A stretch of 64,000 nucleotides of DNA from TPA_inf: Saccharomyces. Taxonomy: Eukaryota. The DNA lies in NCBI GenBank assembly GCA_000146045.2, contig BK006940.2, positions 1 through 64,000 on the forward strand. Direction: 5' to 3'. A program made the translations under genes and the position numbers. Positions 20,847 through 33,271 of the stretch are shown here, one piece after another. The notes under the pieces are model-generated. The model saw nothing but the letters and a program-made list of their open reading frames with translations. It did not search any database and was not told where the DNA came from. The first letter of the stretch is position 1; the number at the start of each line of letters is the position of its first letter.

Positions 20847-22787
20847 TTATGACGAAGTAGGCACAGATTTCTTGCTGCCAGTGTTGCTGTTGCTGTTAAC
20901 ACCAGATTCATCTGAGACAGTGCCATCATTCTGGTGGAACTCCGCATGTAAAAGTTTACCTACCCTATTCTCAATATAACCGTTGTCTGGGTAGTTGACT
21001 GGGGATTCGCATCCAGTAAAAATGAAAATGTCATATATGAGTGCTCCAGCAATACCGCCGGCAATTGGACCACCCCAGGCTCCCCATGTCCACCACCAAT
21101 GTGTGAGATGAAAAGCATGTGGACCATAGCCAATCATGGAAGCAAATATGCGAGGACCGAGATCTCTTGCAGGATTGATTGTGAAACTTGTTTGATATCC
21201 AAGGGCCATACCAATTGCAGCGACTAAGAATCCAATAATTAATGCGGTCATACCATTGCCAGGTGGAGCATTACTATCATCCAATAGCGCCATCAAACAA
21301 CCCACAAGTATAGAGGCTCCTATGAATTCGTCAAAGAAGGCATTTCTCCACGTGACGTAAGACTTTGGATCAGTAAACAAACACGCACCGGTCGCCGTTG
21401 TTCTTATGTGCGGACCTCCCTCAAATTCTGTGATAGAGCTCCAAAAATAACCATAAGCCATAGCTCCTCCAAAATATGCACCGATAATCTGAGCAACAAT
21501 ATATACGGGCACCTTTTTCCAGGGGAATTTTCGAAAAATTGCCATTGAAATCGTAACAGCAGGGTTAATATGACCACCACTAATACCGCCTGCGACGTAA
21601 ACACCAAGCATACAACCGAACCCCCATGCAAATGATAGGGATTCATAGGAACCACCACTACCTTTTGTTACAGTTGCTTGAAGATTACCACCAACACCAA
21701 AAATGACAAGAACTAGTGTCCCGAGAAACTCCGCAAACGGTTCTCGCATATGATAGCGAATTTTTGCCCAAAAGTTAGGAAATGTCATTATATCCGCGTC
21801 TTCATCTTCTGAGGCACCAATTTCATTACCATCTAATGCACTCGTACTTTTATTTTCCTCTTCAATAAGTTCTTCAGGAAGCTTCGTATAAACCGGAGTA
21901 GAACCATCGAGGGTTTGCATGTTCTTTAATTTTCTGGATTCTGCATCGGCTATGGAGGATGCGTAGCTTTCATCGCCTAATGAAAAATTGACATTATGCG
22001 AAGTACGCTTTTTCTTACGTGAAACATTCTCAATATGCGTGTTAGAGGGCTTTTGTGGGTTTTCAGGCTCTAACTTAGTAGGTTTCACATCTGCACCAAC
22101 AGTATTATCGCGTTGCGTTTGAGCTTCGATGTCACCAAGCTTTTTACCCGGTGCTGCACCTCTAAGGAGCCTTTTCCAGTCTTTCACTGACGTAGTAGAA
22201 CCCCCCCTTGAAATATCGGTCGACCCTCGTCTCGATGATGCGCGGGACCTTGCATCCATATTCTTTTGTATCATCTTTGCTGCCAAGCCTCGATCCAATA
22301 CATGCGGTAACGGCTGATTTAAACTCCAAACAGGCCTGTTCCTGCTACTACCCATAGTTGGATTTAATTGCCGATATAGTGGGTCTACATAATTATTACT
22401 GTTGCCTTGATTTACCCCCCTGGATAGATAATCTTGCATTATACGTGCTTGCTCAGCATCTGAAAAACTGTTTAAAGTCTTCAAATTAGGCAAAGAATAA
22501 GTAAAACCCATGGAAGGGACCTGTGGTTGTACCGAATCCTTCCTCTCGTCAACCACTTTTTTCAAGGGTGTCAAAGCAGAAAGTTTATTTCTCGATGATC
22601 CTCCAGTTTCAATTGCTTTTCGAGTCTCACCTAGCTTTCGCCTCAAGAGAGTGCTGTCATTTTCGTTATTTTCCCTAGATTTTTTGACACTTTCTTCCCA
22701 AGCTATTTTACCATTAGGTTCTTCTTTTAGCGTTGGTGGCCGTGTACTCTCGGAAGAGGAGGATGACCTCCCAGATTCGTAACTCAT
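20847..22787 (-). CDS. AQY3: Aquaglyceroporin-type MIP channel with a long hydrophilic N-terminal extension, 646 aa (YFL054C).
   Basis: Two NPA boxes (HINPAVT and INPARD) inside a 6-TM core in the C-terminal half. The long Ser-rich N-terminus is as in Fps1-like aquaglyceroporins. Confidence 0.88.
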   Translation of the reverse strand: MSYESGRSSSSSESTRPPTLKEEPNGKIAWEESVKKSRENNENDSTLLRRKLGETRKAIETGGSSRNKLSALTPLKKVVDERKDSVQPQVPSMGFTYSLPNLKTLNSFSDAEQARIMQDYLSRGVNQGNSNNYVDPLYRQLNPTMGSSRNRPVWSLNQPLPHVLDRGLAAKMIQKNMDARSRASSRRGSTDISRGGSTTSVKDWKRLLRGAAPGKKLGDIEAQTQRDNTVGADVKPTKLEPENPQKPSNTHIENVSRKKKRTSHNVNFSLGDESYASSIADAESRKLKNMQTLDGSTPVYTKLPEELIEEENKSTSALDGNEIGASEDEDADIMTFPNFWAKIRYHMREPFAEFLGTLVLVIFGVGGNLQATVTKGSGGSYESLSFAWGFGCMLGVYVAGGISGGHINPAVTISMAIFRKFPWKKVPVYIVAQIIGAYFGGAMAYGYFWSSITEFEGGPHIRTTATGACLFTDPKSYVTWRNAFFDEFIGASILVGCLMALLDDSNAPPGNGMTALIIGFLVAAIGMALGYQTSFTINPARDLGPRIFASMIGYGPHAFHLTHWWWTWGAWGGPIAGGIAGALIYDIFIFTGCESPVNYPDNGYIENRVGKLLHAEFHQNDGTVSDESGVNSNSNTGSKKSVPTSS

Positions 22788-23422
22788 TACTTGGGTCTAG
22801 ATCATATATCAGAGGAGCGTTATACTGTGCGATTATACGCTTCTTTTTATATGAATAAGGGGGAGACATGGTGAAAAGGTACCAGAACTTTTGATCGACC
22901 AAGACTAGGTAAAGCTCAAACAACGTTTATAACTCAAATTTCCGGGGTAAGTGGGGTACCGGAAAATTATGATATTCCGGAGCGGAGTTATCAACGGAGA
23001 AAACTAGGCCTTCTGATGGAACTTAATTTAAAAAATTAATCACAACCTATGCATATTATTCCCGCAGAGGGTGATTGTGAGTAAATCCCTGCACAGAAAC
23101 AATTCCCGCCAGGCCATAACTAGATTCTAAATTATTTAACTCATAATTTCATGAAATCGTATCGTAGTACCAAATAGGGAGATATTGAGCCAAGTAAATT
23201 CTTACGTCACCATAGTTGGATAATTAAGTACTTGATATTGTATAAGGATCTCAACAATACGAGAAGGGGAAAATACCGCAATGTGTGATTGAATTTTCAA
23301 ACTTTGGATCATTAAATATATATAAATGAACCCAGATCAGCCCTTTTTTTTTCTAGTATTGTCTGTAAAGTGTATTTTACCTCAAAATCTGACAAAACCC
23401 AACTACAATTGACTAAATAATC

Positions 23423-25198
23423 ATGTCTCACAAACAATTCAAATCAGATGGAAACATCGTTACTCCCTACCTACTTGGCCTTGCTCGAAGCAATCCCGGC
23501 CTTACAGTGATTAAGCACGACAGAGTGGTTTTCCGGACTGCGTCAGCTCCTAATTCAGGGAACCCTCCTAAAGTTTCATTGGTTTCTGGAGGTGGCAGTG
23601 GTCATGAGCCAACGCATGCCGGTTTTGTTGGTGAAGGTGCCTTAGATGCGATTGCAGCAGGTGCCATTTTTGCTTCTCCTTCAACTAAACAGATCTATTC
23701 TGCTATTAAAGCTGTTGAATCTCCTAAGGGTACCTTGATCATTGTAAAAAATTACACCGGTGATATTATACATTTTGGTCTCGCTGCTGAAAGAGCTAAA
23801 GCTGCTGGAATGAAAGTCGAACTGGTTGCTGTAGGAGATGATGTCTCTGTCGGTAAGAAGAAAGGTTCTTTAGTCGGGCGTCGAGGTCTCGGAGCCACCG
23901 TATTGGTGCATAAAATTGCTGGGGCAGCCGCTTCTCATGGACTGGAGTTGGCAGAAGTTGCCGAAGTTGCTCAGTCAGTAGTTGACAATAGTGTCACAAT
24001 TGCGGCATCTCTTGATCACTGCACGGTTCCTGGCCACAAACCTGAAGCCATTTTGGGCGAGAATGAGTATGAAATCGGTATGGGTATTCATAACGAGTCT
24101 GGTACCTATAAGTCTTCTCCGCTGCCATCGATTTCTGAGCTCGTTTCCCAGATGCTTCCTCTTCTTCTCGATGAGGATGAAGACCGTTCTTATGTGAAGT
24201 TTGAGCCCAAAGAGGACGTAGTTCTTATGGTTAACAACATGGGTGGTATGTCTAATCTAGAATTGGGTTATGCTGCAGAGGTCATTTCTGAACAATTGAT
24301 TGATAAGTATCAAATTGTGCCCAAGAGAACGATTACTGGAGCATTCATTACTGCATTGAATGGTCCTGGGTTTGGTATCACTCTTATGAACGCTTCAAAA
24401 GCTGGTGGCGATATCCTTAAGTATTTCGATTATCCTACCACAGCGAGTGGATGGAATCAAATGTACCATTCTGCCAAAGATTGGGAGGTACTTGCCAAAG
24501 GGCAGGTTCCCACCGCCCCCTCTTTAAAGACATTGAGGAATGAAAAAGGTTCGGGTGTGAAAGCTGATTATGACACTTTTGCTAAAATTTTGCTTGCTGG
24601 GATTGCAAAAATTAACGAGGTTGAACCAAAGGTTACTTGGTACGATACCATTGCAGGAGATGGTGATTGCGGAACTACTCTTGTGTCCGGTGGTGAAGCA
24701 TTGGAAGAAGCTATTAAAAACCATACGTTGCGCCTCGAGGATGCTGCTCTTGGTATCGAAGATATTGCGTATATGGTTGAGGATTCTATGGGTGGTACGT
24801 CCGGTGGTCTGTACTCTATCTATCTTTCTGCTCTCGCACAAGGAGTTAGGGATTCTGGGGACAAGGAACTTACTGCGGAAACTTTCAAAAAGGCATCAAA
24901 CGTTGCACTAGATGCTTTGTATAAGTATACGAGAGCCCGTCCTGGTTACAGGACTCTGATCGATGCTCTGCAACCTTTTGTCGAAGCGCTGAAAGCCGGG
25001 AAGGGTCCCAGAGCCGCCGCCCAAGCTGCTTATGATGGTGCCGAAAAGACAAGGAAGATGGATGCCCTTGTTGGGCGTGCTTCTTACGTGGCTAAGGAGG
25101 AGCTGAGAAAACTCGACAGCGAAGGTGGATTACCAGATCCAGGAGCAGTTGGTCTTGCTGCACTACTCGATGGATTTGTTACAGCTGCTGGGTACTAG
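23423..25198 (+). CDS. DAK2: Dihydroxyacetone kinase, 591 aa.
   Basis: DhaK N-terminal domain (GGGSGHEP) and DhaL C-terminal domain. Full-length match to the Dak family in the YFL053W position. Confidence 0.92.
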   Translation: MSHKQFKSDGNIVTPYLLGLARSNPGLTVIKHDRVVFRTASAPNSGNPPKVSLVSGGGSGHEPTHAGFVGEGALDAIAAGAIFASPSTKQIYSAIKAVESPKGTLIIVKNYTGDIIHFGLAAERAKAAGMKVELVAVGDDVSVGKKKGSLVGRRGLGATVLVHKIAGAAASHGLELAEVAEVAQSVVDNSVTIAASLDHCTVPGHKPEAILGENEYEIGMGIHNESGTYKSSPLPSISELVSQMLPLLLDEDEDRSYVKFEPKEDVVLMVNNMGGMSNLELGYAAEVISEQLIDKYQIVPKRTITGAFITALNGPGFGITLMNASKAGGDILKYFDYPTTASGWNQMYHSAKDWEVLAKGQVPTAPSLKTLRNEKGSGVKADYDTFAKILLAGIAKINEVEPKVTWYDTIAGDGDCGTTLVSGGEALEEAIKNHTLRLEDAALGIEDIAYMVEDSMGGTSGGLYSIYLSALAQGVRDSGDKELTAETFKKASNVALDALYKYTRARPGYRTLIDALQPFVEALKAGKGPRAAAQAAYDGAEKTRKMDALVGRASYVAKEELRKLDSEGGLPDPGAVGLAALLDGFVTAAGY

Positions 25199-28100
25199 AA
25201 TTGCTCGTACACACTAGAAGCCAAACATAACAGCTTTAAAGGCTTTCATTTTTGAACTTTTTAAAAAATTGAATACTCCAACTGAAGGTGAACTAGTTGT
25301 GTCTCTGAATATATTTTTATAGATATACGAATTGATGAAGTACCGCAAATTAAGCTAAAAAGTAATGCTTCTTGCAGCTTTTAATTGTTCTTTCTGCAAT
25401 CTACAATTACTTTTCTTGATTCCTTCTCCGTTCCCCTGTGTTGTCTGGAAGTATAATTTGTCCAGGAAGATTTTTTGAATAGCCATTGTTTTCTTTAAAT
25501 TAAATCGGAGTGTTTAAATCCATTCCAATCTCTTTTTTCTCGCAAGTCAACAAACAGGTGTTAACTTTCTTTTCCCCGCTGTTTTCTTACCTATGAATAG
25601 TCTCAATTCCTTTTTAGAAGATCTGCACATTCTCTGATACTATGAACAAGTTCTAGGATAGCAATCTAAGTTTTATGATTCTCTTATTTCGGATTCGATT
25701 TCAATAAAGATCGTAGTATTAGAAGTATAGAATGTATTGTAATTTTTTTTCCTAATCTTATTAATTCATGGAAGGCATTGAACTCAACAGCATATTTTAA
25801 ATGTTTGTATCTTGTTTTCTCTTTCAAAAAAAAAATGGTGTCATTCATTATTTTATGGTCAACCCTATACATCAATTTTTCTCTGAAAATATTGACAAAT
25901 AAAGTAGTTGATTCTTGTTCTACCAATTAGTGATATTATGCATGACTGTTAACAACTTTTTGACTAATCTCTGAAATCATATGAAGATCTTGCTGCATTT
26001 CATGCATCTAAGAAATCAACCTATATCAACAGATTTCAATAATTACTCTAAACTTATGCTGTAACTTAGAAAGTAACCAGCCTGTGTTGACTGATTGAGT
26101 TGCGTATTAACTGCGCCTAGTCATTTCAACACTTATAATTTGCTTCAGCTTAAGTGTGGTTCATCTTTTTTTTTCTGGAAACTTTGCATGCCCTCAAAGC
26201 ATGAGTAGTTAGTTATCTTTTTGACAATGATCTCTTTTGAAAATATCTACTGTAGATTTGCATGGACGCACGTCGCCCATACGCCAAACTTTGGCAATGA
26301 TACTCGTTATTCGTAATATCAGTCCGTCAAGGTGCTGTGATTTCTCTATTTTATATTGCCTATTATTTTTTCAAATGATTTGAGCCGTTTTAAATTGAGT
26401 ATGCAATGAGTCTTTTGAATCAACCGTAAGGCAGTTCCATAACCACTGCCACGAATACGTTTCACTACCTTGAAGAATCTCTAATGTAGGCCGTATTCTT
26501 CGCACTTAGTTCTGACGATGTAGACATCTCATTATATAAGAGCATAAGCGCCTGTTTCTAGAATCATTTCTTCGTGACCCAGCTTTTTGAGTTATTTCGC
26601 GGTATTTTGAAACATTTCTCGAGCTTGACGTGAACATCCTTATATTTCATGACAAACTCGATCATTGGAACATCCCTGCCTCGATTTTAGAGCTAGTATC
26701 AAATTTCAATCTCTTTGTGATGGAGCCCCGCTCCTATTTCAAAAGAGAAGTTTCTTGTATGCATATGTTATTGAAGTCTGATTATAGCAAGTGCAATGTC
26801 GTCTCAATTATTTTAACTATTTTTAGCCATACATGTTAGTTATCCTCAAAGAGAGCCTCCAGACTGGGAAGCAGTGTTTGTCATTTCAAATAAGTAGATT
26901 TCACAGTTTGTATGATTTTCGAAGCCAGGATTCATTGGGCTTTGAGTAAAGAGAAGCCGCGTATTACGAACAGCTTACGATATTGTAAAATATTCCCTTA
27001 TTGTGGTGCCCCAATGGATACATGCCAGAGAAATGTCTGTGAAATTGAACAATTACAATGACGAGAGCAAGTAATCCGGCGGCCTTGTCTCTCTTTCACT
27101 AGTACCGTCTATATCTCTTGAGCGCCAATATGCGAAAGCTTTCACAAGGTTGATGTTCATGGTATTCGGCGTCGATAGCGAATTGCTTACTAAGAAACAT
27201 TAGGGTGCAGTACAGCCTTGTTTTTCCAGTTCGACTAACCTTTTTCTTGGCAGTATGGAGACTGACTAGGTCTCCCAAACATTCATTGTAACTGCTGTTT
27301 AAAGATTTTGTTCTAACCTAAATTCAAGTGAGAAGCTGAACATGTGTCTCTACTTATGATATCACGACAGCAAATACTAATCTTGCCATAAATAGTCTAG
27401 CGTTTTGCAACTTACCTCTAGATATATTTTATTTCTTGAGGAACCGTTTTCGTCGGTAATAACAAAATACTACTGAAACGCCACAGCATTGAGAGAATAC
27501 GTTATCGATTACGGCTTTCTTCTCGCTCCAGATGTCGCGGGTAAGATATTCACCTCAAACTTTTCTTGTTGAGTGTCGTCACAAATCTAGAACCTACATG
27601 CCATCTCAACGATTTTTCTGGAGAAAGGCCTCACTCCGTTCCGTACGTAATGCATAGATAAAGTATCAGGATCTTCACGATGCTCGAGAGTTACTTAGTA
27701 GTCTGAGTTTATGCGAAAAAAACTCCGCCGTTGTAATAATCGGGAATACACAGAAGTAGTACTGCACTATCACTGGGATACTCAAAAACCTTCTTTTTAA
27801 CTTTTCTATCCCACAAATAGAACATAGGAAAGAACATTGACTCCTCCACTTGAAGTTAAATTACAGGAACAAACGCCTAACTATAATTTCGACATTGTTG
27901 CATCAACGAATCGACCGAAAGAAAAATCTGGAGTTGCAGTTATCACTTGTATGTGCACTAAGATTTATATTTTTACTCCTGAGATCTGCCAAATCGGTAG
28001 CTTATTGAACTGCGTTCCTTTTTCCCCTGAGTTCTCGAGGTACCTGCGGCTTTGTCTGTGCCATCTCCCCCACTTTAAAGTACCCCACGTTACTACCGCG

Positions 28101-28231
28101 TTTTTCCCCACCCCCGGCTTAATAAATTAGCTATATCTTGTTGACTTAAATACGGAGAAAAGAAGAAAACCTTCAAGAAATGCTTCATTGTCTTGTCAAA
28201 AGAGCTAAAGTAAAAGAGCTCTAGTTCGAAG

Positions 28232-29629
28232 ATGGCCCGCAATAGACAAGCGTGCGACTGTTGTTGCATTCGTCGAGTAAAGTGTGATCGTAAAAAACCA
28301 TGTAAATGTTGTCTTCAACACAATCTGCAATGTACATATCTTCGACCTTTGAAGAAAAGAGGTCCAAAACCCGTCAAGGTGAGAAATTTAAAGAAAGTAG
28401 ATGATGTACAGGTATTTAGTAAAAGTAGTAGTGGTGGCATAATGAAGGTTCCAAAGGCACTAATTGATCAGTGTCTGCGGCTCTATAATGATAAGTTGTA
28501 TGTGATCTGGCCTTTGCTGTGTTATGATGATCTTTACGAACTTTTAGAGAAAAGATATGACGAAACCTGTGTGTATTGGTTCCTGGTATCTCTTTCTGCC
28601 GCCACGCTTAGCGATTTGCAGACTGAAATTGAGTCGGAAGGAGGGGTTACCTTTACTGGGATACAGTTATCCAGTTTCTGCATGTCATCACGCCAAGAAT
28701 TTGACGATTTTAACGGTAGTGATATATTCAAGATTATGACGTACTATTGTCTAAACCGCTGCTACGCACAGATGTCCAACTCAAGAACTTCGTATCGGCT
28801 TTCTTGTGAAGCCGTGGGGCTCATTAAGTTGGCGGGGTTCCATCGCGAGGAAACTTTGAAACTTCTTCCTTTCGATGAGCAGCAGCTTGGAAGGAAAGTT
28901 TATTATTTGCTTCTCTTAACGGAAAGATACTTTTCTGTGTATACGCATTGCGCCACGAGCCTGGATACCACGATTGCTCCACCACAACCGGAGAACGTAA
29001 CGGACCCCCGACTATCTCTCGACAGCTTCTTGGAGATGATTAGGGTATTTACTGTACCGGGAAAATGCTTCTTTGATGCTCTAGCTACCGACTCTGCTAA
29101 TGTAACCTGTACTGAAGACTCCCTTAAAAAGATATGGAGGGAACTTCATACGGTGCCACTTGAGATAGAACCATGGTCTTACGGCTATGTAGACATATCT
29201 TTTTCACGGCATTGGATTAGAACACTTGCTTGGAAGCTAGTGCTTCAAATAAGCGGTATGCGAATCAGTTTCCTTTCAAATAGCAAGAATACGCATATTC
29301 CAGTAGAAATTGCTAGAGACATGTTAGAAGACACATTTTTAATCCCAAAAAATCTTTATGCAGTTCACGGTCCAGGGATATCAGTGAAAGCACTAGAAAT
29401 AGCCGACGCATTGGTAGATGTTGTGAATCAGTACGATCAAAATGCAGAGTCGGAGGCTTGGAATTTTTTGTTCGATATATCCAAATTTGTCTTCTCTCTT
29501 AAGCATTGTGATAGCACATTAGTTGATAAGTTTACGACAAAGTGTCAGTGTGCGCTTATCACGCTTCCTCTTTCTAATCCGCTTGAATCGACAGATGGTT
29601 CTAAAGAAGATGTAGATGCGCTTCCTTAA
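28232..29629 (+). CDS. ZNF1: Zn(II)2Cys6 binuclear-cluster transcription factor (MAL-activator-like), 465 aa (YFL052W).
   Basis: N-terminal ACDCCCIRRVKCDRKKPCKCCLQHNLQC is a Gal4-type Zn2Cys6 motif, followed by basic linker residues. Confidence 0.88.
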   Translation: MARNRQACDCCCIRRVKCDRKKPCKCCLQHNLQCTYLRPLKKRGPKPVKVRNLKKVDDVQVFSKSSSGGIMKVPKALIDQCLRLYNDKLYVIWPLLCYDDLYELLEKRYDETCVYWFLVSLSAATLSDLQTEIESEGGVTFTGIQLSSFCMSSRQEFDDFNGSDIFKIMTYYCLNRCYAQMSNSRTSYRLSCEAVGLIKLAGFHREETLKLLPFDEQQLGRKVYYLLLLTERYFSVYTHCATSLDTTIAPPQPENVTDPRLSLDSFLEMIRVFTVPGKCFFDALATDSANVTCTEDSLKKIWRELHTVPLEIEPWSYGYVDISFSRHWIRTLAWKLVLQISGMRISFLSNSKNTHIPVEIARDMLEDTFLIPKNLYAVHGPGISVKALEIADALVDVVNQYDQNAESEAWNFLFDISKFVFSLKHCDSTLVDKFTTKCQCALITLPLSNPLESTDGSKEDVDALP

Positions 29630-30057
29630 GTAAACACATTGCTACTTGCATTTTACCTTTCAAGATGTAGTGATTACGGACAGTTGAAGAGGCTAATAGC
29701 ATCTATTTCTTCTTTAGTATATGGTTCCTGCAGGGCAAACAATTATTTCCTTTGCAATTTTGCGGCAGTGGGGAAGAATGATAGCACTAATAGTGAACTT
29801 GTGGACAATTATGCTATTATAGCAAGAAAAAAAATTTATTTTTTTTTCAAGGGGGGTGATTGTGATGTGAATTAAATCAAGGATATACGCTTTTATCGTC
29901 ATGATAGTCGTGCGATTTGTACTTGGTTATAGATGAAATGAGTTAGTTTTTAATAATTGTGATCACAATATAGCTGTACTTATCAGGCCATTAAAGTTTC
30001 CTGTAAGGTGCACGAGAAGTCATGGTCATAAAATTATCAGAATCTCCAAGGAGAGGT

Positions 30058-30540
30058 TCAACGGCGTCGGTTGCCCATACTCCATATTAAGTACCCTGTC
30101 ATTTCCACAGTTACATTAGTTGGAGTAGTATAGAAACCAAAAAGATCAGAACTCCAATAGGCAGTATTTGGGTCACAGTATTCAGTGTCACGTTTTTTAG
30201 TTTCATAAAGAGGTCCGCAAGGATCATATCCATCCTCATCACGCTTCAAAACTGCATAAGTCACACAGGTAGGAGTGCTCTCACAAGGCGGACTATAGTA
30301 TATGGAGAGATTGGTCTGTCCGCTAACGGAACCTAACTTCTTTGTATTGGAGTATTCATAGCCCATATATTCAGGCTCCAAGTATGTGGTTTGGTCGCCT
30401 ATTGTGTACTCATAAAAATTAATATTCATACCATCTTCCCTTTTGTTTGTTGGTAAGCAAGCTTCTGTACTGGCTAAGGTTGTAGTAGCTAGCGCCACGA
30501 AGACCAAGAGTGCCGAAAATACGGAATGGGGTATAGACAT
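30058..30540 (-). CDS. Truncated flocculin-like N-terminal (PA14/Flo lectin-domain) fragment, 160 aa from MSIPHSVF... (YFL051C). Likely a gene remnant.
   Basis: The sequence has a signal peptide and then STEACLP...GMNINFYEYTIGDQTTY...YMGYEYSNTKKLGSVSGQTNLSIYY..PC...AYWSSDLFGFYTTPTNVTVEMTGY. This is collinear with the FLO1/FLO5/FLO10 N-terminal domain (ATEACLPAGQRKSGMNINFYQY...KLGSVGGQTDISIDYNIPC...AYWSTDLFGFYTTPTNVTLEMTGY) and stops inside the lectin domain. Confidence 0.8.
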   Translation of the reverse strand: MSIPHSVFSALLVFVALATTTLASTEACLPTNKREDGMNINFYEYTIGDQTTYLEPEYMGYEYSNTKKLGSVSGQTNLSIYYSPPCESTPTCVTYAVLKRDEDGYDPCGPLYETKKRDTEYCDPNTAYWSSDLFGFYTTPTNVTVEMTGYLIWSMGNRRR

Positions 30541-32399
30541 TTGAAGGTGTGGAGGGATGCTGGTATCCTCCAATTGTTACATTAAGATTATCATCTGGCT
30601 ATCATGAAATGAAGGTTACCTTTATATAAGAAAGACTTTTAAAAAAATGTTTTGTTTTCTGCTTTAGGGAAGTAGATATCGTTCCTGCATTTTGATATCA
30701 AAATAATCTCCGGTAGGCATCAATTGCAGTTAAAGCTCTTTCTGGCAAAAACCCCGATACCCATGTAGGTACGCTCTTTTCACCAGGTCTTAATAATTTG
30801 ATGGGCACCGTTTATCCCAGGCAAGCCAAAAATTAGAAACAAAAAACAACTCACGTACGTTAAAAAACCTGATAGTGCTTCGTACTACATAGAACCCTGC
30901 GCTGTTATCTGCTAATCGAGCACTACTAAATTCCCTCCAAAGGAAGTAGAGTATAGATTCTATGCACCGATGTGAAAATAGTAAACCTACGATAACCTTT
31001 TTTTTTTTACTAACCGAATTGAGCAGATATTGTTACCTGTTACGGTCATAAAAGTTAAACGATTTTGCTTTATTTCTGTCCCTGGCTGAAAATAGTAAAG
31101 AAGAGGGAAGGCAAGTTCAAGGGCAGCTTAATAAGTCATACGAAAACGTTCTCGAACTTTTTTTCTGCAAGCTTTTCAGAACCACGATGGAAAAAAGAAA
31201 TTTTTACAACACTAATGCCAAGTAAGGTTTTTCGGATTTAGGGTGGCGTCCTGAAAAAAAAAGAAACGTCTCAGAACGTTTCGGAGAAAAAAAAATAAGG
31301 TGTCAAATTTCTTAGTGTTTTGACGGGTGATGCCCTTCCAGATAAATCTCGTGGAGATTGGCTAGCGTCAAACGTCACCGATCTCTATTTCTTTTTTAGG
31401 TTATTAAATTTCGATTACATCGCGTGTTCTTAGATAAGTTACCAAGGGTGCTCAAAGGAAAATTATATTTCTTTTTTTCTTTTGAGTAATTGCAGGTGAA
31501 GAGATACAGAGCAAGGAACGTGATGTAATGCATTTTTTTTTTTGTTCCTTGGAACCACATGATTTACTCAACAAATTAATCTAGTTTGTGCTTCAAGCAT
31601 GCACCATTGTGAATATTTTTTTAGTTTCAAGGTGACAGGTTATGAAGATATGGTGCAAAAGACAAATGTATGGTGGCAGGCATAGTAAAATGATGGTGTG
31701 GAAGACATAGATTGTATTTGTTTTGCATTATCCAAGTGCTCGAGATTGGTTCTAAAAAACAAGAAAATAAAGGGCAAGAAGAAAACCAGTTACTTCTACA
31801 TTGAGAGGCCAGCCAGGTTGCCGCACACGTGTTGGTGCACGTTAAGTTTTGGGCTCACAGTGGTAAATCATAGAAAAAGCAGTTGCTTAATTTCCCTCTT
31901 TTTCATATTCTCTACGCTAGCACTGTAAGGAAAAACGCAGAAAGCAACATACAACGTTTGTTAGGATGTTCGTACTTCACAATAAGCAGACAATAACCAT
32001 TTCAAGTGTAAAAAAAATTTTTTTTCTGTTAGTTTGATGCAGAAGACTTATACTTTTAACTTTTTTGGTTAACTTACACAAACCAAGCGCACAACGCCTG
32101 CGCTTTTTAGTATTAGATGGCATGATTTGAAAAGCATAAAAGTCTGGATATTGGAATTTAGGGAGGCGGCGGGATAGAGCGATAGTTTCTCCCCATATAA
32201 AGTCTACAAAATGTGTGGGTTTTTGATATCGATCGAAATTTCACAAGGTGTTCTATAATGACTAACATTTTTGTGAGCAGTTGACTCTCCTTAGTGCACA
32301 TTGTGGAATATGTATGCCATGTCTCTTAAAGGGGTAAAAAGAGGTATTCTGCATACTACCAGTGGGGTTTATAGCATCGTTTAATCTTGTTATCCTGTT

Positions 32400-33100
32400 T
32401 CGGTTTCGGCAATTTCTTTCAAAATTCTGTTTTCAATGTTATCTGGGAAAGAAATGTTTCGAAAAATAATACGTAAATTGTTCCGACAAAAGAGTTCTTG
32501 TCTATGATTATTCAAAATGCTGACTTTTTATTTAGCGCTTATTGGAGTCTTTGCTGTCTGTAGAAATCTGACCAGGCATACAAATTATAGTTATTTACTA
32601 ACGCAAGAAGTTTATTGTGGTTTTCATGTGTATGTGGCCACGTAGATTTATTTTGTAAATAAGTATCGCGACAGCTTCTATTTTCTTGGTTTAATACGCC
32701 TGTACTAATTTCCATTTTTGAGTTTAGGCGGTGCTTTCGTAAAAATGATATGATTATTCCGCTCATAAATGGTAGTCATGGTAAGGAAGATAAAAAAAGC
32801 GCAGTTCCACTGTCAGGCTTCGTTTATTTAACAATATAGATACATCATAAAAGTTTTTGGTAATGTTCTCTGGTTTTACTTCGTACTTCTGATCAGAAGT
32901 CTGTTATATCATGGTTCGGTACCAATTTTTTTTATACACCATTGTGATGATGTTAAAACTAAACGTATAAATTGGTCAATTATGTTGCTAGTAATGCAGC
33001 TCAAGCAAATTTATTTTATTGGCCTACATAAAGAAAACTAACTCTACAACTTTTACGGTATAAATATGCAATGTGATTTAAAAAATCACTGAAGTGTGTC
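32400..33100. other. Probable replication-origin region (weak origins ARS601/ARS602 are expected near 32-33 kb on chromosome VI).
   Basis: AT-rich, gene-free 2.7-kb intergenic region. 10/11 matches to the ACS WTTTAYRTTTW occur at 32468-32478 (aatacgtaaat, T-rich strand is minus) and 32960-32970 (taaacgtataa). No exact 11/11 match was found, and the origin assignment is from memory of chromosome VI origin maps. Confidence 0.35.
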
Positions 33101-33271
33101 AGAATATGAGAAACTTTAAGTGAAGCGTCATATTTTTGTGCCCTCATATCAAAAAAATGCTTTAAAAGCAGTCAACCAATGTGCCAAAAATTTTCAAAAT
33201 TCAGGAACTTGTTGTTCGGCAGACTTTTATTCTGCCTGCTAAAGATCTGCCGACCTACCATAGCGGTCATG

